NCBI GenBank assembly: GCA_027452085.1
Contig: DAIDHG010000010.1
Span: 1 to 26,101 of the forward strand
Length of the DNA: 26,101 nucleotides
DNA from: a bacterium
GTDB lineage: Bacteria > Babelota > Babeliae > Babelales > JABCYS01
Direction: 5' to 3'
A program made the translations under genes and the position numbers. The notes beneath the pieces are model-generated. The model did not search any database and had not been told where the DNA came from. It saw only the letters and a program-made list of their open reading frames with translations. The number at the start of each line of letters is the position of its first letter. Position 1 is the first letter of the stretch. This document shows, piece after piece, positions 25,271 to 26,101 of this stretch.

Positions 25271-25730
25271 GGTGCATGTGGTTGGCGGCGCTGCTATTGG
25301 CATCGGGGCAATGATGGCTACCGGCGCTTGGCAAGAGGCTTCATTGCCAACAACGATTGAATATGTTGGCTGCGCTGTCATCGGTTCATTGTTTCCCGAT
25401 ATTGATATCAAGAGCAAGGGACAAAAGTTATTTTATATGGCTCTGACGGCCACGCTGCTGATATTGCTTTGGTATCAAAGAACCACGTGGTTTGTTGCAC
25501 TCAGTTTAATCGGCATGATTCCGCTCTTATTGCGGCACCGTGGTATCATGCATCATCCCTGGTTTATCAGTTGTTGCGCCGGCATTCCAGCGCTTTATTT
25601 ATACGCCAACAATCATCCATATAGCCATCTGGTGATCGATTTGTTTTATTTTGCGCTCGGTGCCTTTTCGCACGTCATGTTAGATATTGGCCTCTTTAAT
25701 TTCTGCAGAAAAGCCTTGATCGGCCGGTAA
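25257..25730 (+). CDS. Membrane-bound metal-dependent hydrolase (YdjM-like)
   Basis: MPNY..H, GSLFPDID, HRGIMH, SHVMLD with hydrophobic helices. Confidence 0.88.
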   Translation: MPNYKVHVVGGAAIGIGAMMATGAWQEASLPTTIEYVGCAVIGSLFPDIDIKSKGQKLFYMALTATLLILLWYQRTTWFVALSLIGMIPLLLRHRGIMHHPWFISCCAGIPALYLYANNHPYSHLVIDLFYFALGAFSHVMLDIGLFNFCRKALIGR

Positions 25731-26101
25731 ATTAAATAATTTCATCGCATTTGCTGTCGTTATCTGTGCAACATCATGCCAACTGATTCCGCGCAACTGG
25801 GCAATATATTCTGCCACTGTTTTAACGTGCTGCGGATGGTTCTCTTGACCGCGCAGTGTTTGTGGCGGCAAAAACGGTGCATCTGTTTCTAATACTATTG
25901 ATTCGAGTGATTGTTGCATTATCACGTCACGCAACGCATTGTTTTTTGGATAGGTAATAGTGGCACCAATGCCCAAATAACAACCCAGATCTATAAAATT
26001 GCGTGCAATTGCGCCATCATATGAAAAGCAGTGGATGGTGACACGCGGATGGTCGTGAGCATATAGTTCCAATACACGCAACGTTTCTTCTGGTGCATTT
26101 C
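25680..26101 (-). CDS. tatD: TatD-family nuclease (5'-truncated by the window edge)
   Basis: Frame open to the window edge (NAPEETLRVL); IHCFS, ITYPKN, VLETDAPFLPP...RG..N.P, TT.NA..LF. Confidence 0.95.
   Translation of the reverse strand, partial: NAPEETLRVLELYAHDHPRVTIHCFSYDGAIARNFIDLGCYLGIGATITYPKNNALRDVIMQQSLESIVLETDAPFLPPQTLRGQENHPQHVKTVAEYIAQLRGISWHDVAQITTANAMKLFNLPADQGFSAEIKEANI

Overview
Bacterial chromosomal window. The gene content (many orphan proteins with signal peptides, an ankyrin protein, a secreted right-handed beta-helix protein, AAA-ATPase/PD-(D/E)XK, SpoIID) suggests an intracellular protist parasite such as Dependentiae/Babelota (TM6); this assignment is an inference. 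Layout: the end of the alpha operon (rpoA, rplQ); a nested REP-like palindrome cluster; nfu; six co-oriented secreted/membrane orphan genes (1836-7603); sbcC; an AT-richer accessory block (AAA-ATPase/nuclease, ankyrin protein, secreted beta-helix and beta-propeller-like pair); a D-cysteine-desulfhydrase-like PLP enzyme; then housekeeping genes (PMM/PGM, nfo, gap, tRNA-Ile2, zinc-ribbon protein, RNase HI, SpoIID, YdjM-like, tatD). Most notable observations: (1) An unannotated leader ORF with an (AC)8 microsatellite and an internal terminator lies upstream of the beta-helix operon; its three reading frames give three different outcomes, making it a candidate phase-variable attenuator. (2) The ankyrin gene sits between decayed duplicates of the AAA gene 3' end and the sbcC 5' region. 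(3) Palindromic REP-like DNA is inserted in frame into three enzymes. (4) The secreted orphan cluster shares a C-terminal TM+helical-hairpin module and carries eukaryote-like ubiquitin-binding (MIU) motifs.
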